NCBI GenBank assembly: GCA_040285825.1
Contig: JAUPSS010000014.1
Span: 66,337-130,336, forward strand
Source of the DNA: Eukaryota sp. TZLM1-RC
Taxonomy: Eukaryota > Protista > Metamonada: BaSk clade
Reading direction: 5' to 3'
DNA length: 64,000 nucleotides
Shown piece after piece: positions 62,224-64,000 of this stretch; the stretch's first letter is position 1, and each line of letters opens with the position of its first letter. A model generated the notes under the pieces. The model was not told where the DNA came from. It was given only the letters and a program-made list of their open reading frames with translations, and made no database searches. The translations under genes were made by a program, and so were the position numbers.

Positions 62224-62934
62224 ATGTCAAGATTCAAAAATGGTTCTCCTCTCCTCAGTATGAATGCTTCTTCCTCAGCACTATCTTACAGTGCATACTC
62301 TTCACCTTCTGTGAAAAGAGAGATGGTGAGTGCCTTTAAACTCGCTGAATCTGATGTTCAATCTGCAGCAAATAGACTTGCTAACCTTCGTCATAAGGAA
62401 CAAAAGCTCCAATCAGAAACCCAAAAACGTCAAAATCATTGTATACGGAAAATTCATTCAAAACAAAAAGTAATGGAGCAGCAGCTGTTGAAATCACAAA
62501 GAACTAGTCAATCCACCGAATCTGAGAAACTCTTAACTTCCAAATTACGTGCTGAACGCTTAAATCGCCAACGTAAGATTAAGCAACAGCAGCAAGAAAG
62601 GTTGGAGAAAGCTCGAATCAATGCTCAGAAAATAAAGAATGAATCAAGAAAATGTGATGAAATTAAACTGAAATCCAAGTCTGAGGCTGCTGAAATTGCT
62701 CGAAAAAAAAAGGAAAAAGTGGAGAAAGAAAAACTAGATTTTAAAAACAAACTGTTGGAAGAGCAACAAAGACAAGAACTGATTCAAATAGCTTATAATG
62801 TGGAAGAAATTAATAGACTCGATCTTGAAAGAGAGGAATTGTCCAGTAGTTGTCGAGTTTTAGAGTCTGAGGCTAATGAAATAAGTGATAGAATTAATCA
62901 CAATCTTGGTCTTTGTGAGTCTCTGTCGATTTGA
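62224..62934 (+). CDS. Hypothetical coiled-coil protein
   Basis: Intact ORF from MSRFKNG; K/E/Q-rich heptads. Confidence 0.7.
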   Translation: MSRFKNGSPLLSMNASSSALSYSAYSSPSVKREMVSAFKLAESDVQSAANRLANLRHKEQKLQSETQKRQNHCIRKIHSKQKVMEQQLLKSQRTSQSTESEKLLTSKLRAERLNRQRKIKQQQQERLEKARINAQKIKNESRKCDEIKLKSKSEAAEIARKKKEKVEKEKLDFKNKLLEEQQRQELIQIAYNVEEINRLDLEREELSSSCRVLESEANEISDRINHNLGLCESLSI

Positions 62935-63779
62935 TTGAAGTTTTGATTGGTGGAATTATTAGTACTATCGTTGTAGTTTTTGTATCATAATGTGTAAATG
63001 TATTTTTTCCATTAATTTTTAATTAATTTGATTTTTCCTCCGAGAAAACCAATTCATTTCTGTTTCAATGCTTATGGATAATAAACATTTGAAATCCTGA
63101 AAATACTTTATGATTAACACTATCAGATTTAAAGCACACCATTGTCTAGTTAACTAGTAAATTAATTAGAATTAGCAGGCTCGTAATTATTCTTTTATAA
63201 TTCAAGCATTCCACATTGAAGCTGAAGTGAACATAATGTCCAATCTTTATTATGATTGCTTCTTTTCGTGTAAATTTCGGATTTCAATTGTTTAAGTTGA
63301 ATATGAAACCAACAGATAAAATGAAAGCTATAAATTTCTCAATTTGAAGCTATAGGCCTTGATTCAATGAAAGAGTACACTTTGAAGGTATTTTGGTGTC
63401 ATTTTTCCTATCAAAAACACTGAATTTGGCAGAAAACACCACTGTTCATCACCAGTTGAACTGCACTCAGTTGCCCAAGACAGTATGTGTTCTAGTGCTA
63501 AATGAAATAATGAATTCATTACCCCACGCATAGTGGATATTGTGAAAGTAATATAGATATAGCTACACAACACAACAAGAAAAATTGTGGTGTGTTTTTT
63601 AAGTGTACCTGATTTGCCTTCATCGTTTACAGAGATTCACAACTCAGTAGATGCATTGCCTTATTTTGAACCAACTAATGATTGTTTTTGTCCATGTTTA
63701 AACACAAATTAATAATGTGATTCACTTTAGAAGTTGAGACCTTTGAGGTAAATCAAAATACAATTCATTCAAATCTTCA

Positions 63780-64000
63780 ATGTCAAGAGAACCTAGCTCT
63801 GACGAGTTTGTGGTTAACGATATCACCTCATTTGTTGGACCCTTTGAGCGTGCTCTCATCACACATGATGAATCTGTTGCAGCAAGAGCGGCAAAAACCG
63901 TTTTTGCTCATCGTAAGAAGCTTTCGGTACATCTTGTCCAGCGTATCATTACTTCTATCCACACAAGACCAACCCCAACAATAGAATCTCTCACCTCCAT
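63780..64000 (+). CDS. Hypothetical protein, 5' part (runs off the window)
   Basis: ATG at 63780 opens a stop-free frame to the end (MSREPSSDEFVVNDITSFVGPFERALITHD..) with gene-like base composition. Confidence 0.55.
   Translation, partial: MSREPSSDEFVVNDITSFVGPFERALITHDESVAARAAKTVFAHRKKLSVHLVQRIITSIHTRPTPTIESLTS

Overview
AT-rich eukaryotic genomic DNA from a flagellated protist. It is probably a free-living metamonad; this is an inference from SF-assemblin, CCDC61 and ~30-nt introns with the branch point fused to the 3' splice site. The window opens with a ~6.9-kb tandem satellite (~15 x ~460 bp). Compact housekeeping genes follow: SF-assemblin, SLC35F-like transporter, B-box protein, inverted PSAT duplicate, RidA with a 2-nt microexon, SHIPPO-repeat protein, MYG1, Sel1-repeat protein, PIG-V, RPA1, TAF2 and CCDC61. 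These alternate with islands of decayed, nested transposons: many CRE-like RLE non-LTR retrotransposons, Ty3/gypsy elements, a small LTR derivative, an 8-bp-TSD MITE and a 2A-like/Ulp1 remnant. The main result is three copies of Fanzor (eukaryotic TnpB-derived, RNA-guided RuvC nuclease) genes from two distinct families. One family (30.5-32.3 kb and 52.8-54.6 kb) has an unusual N-terminus, and both of its copies are followed by a partly conserved, hairpin-rich 3' region that is a candidate omega-RNA. All three Fanzor copies are disrupted as assembled. All annotations were made by eye from motifs; no database searches were run.
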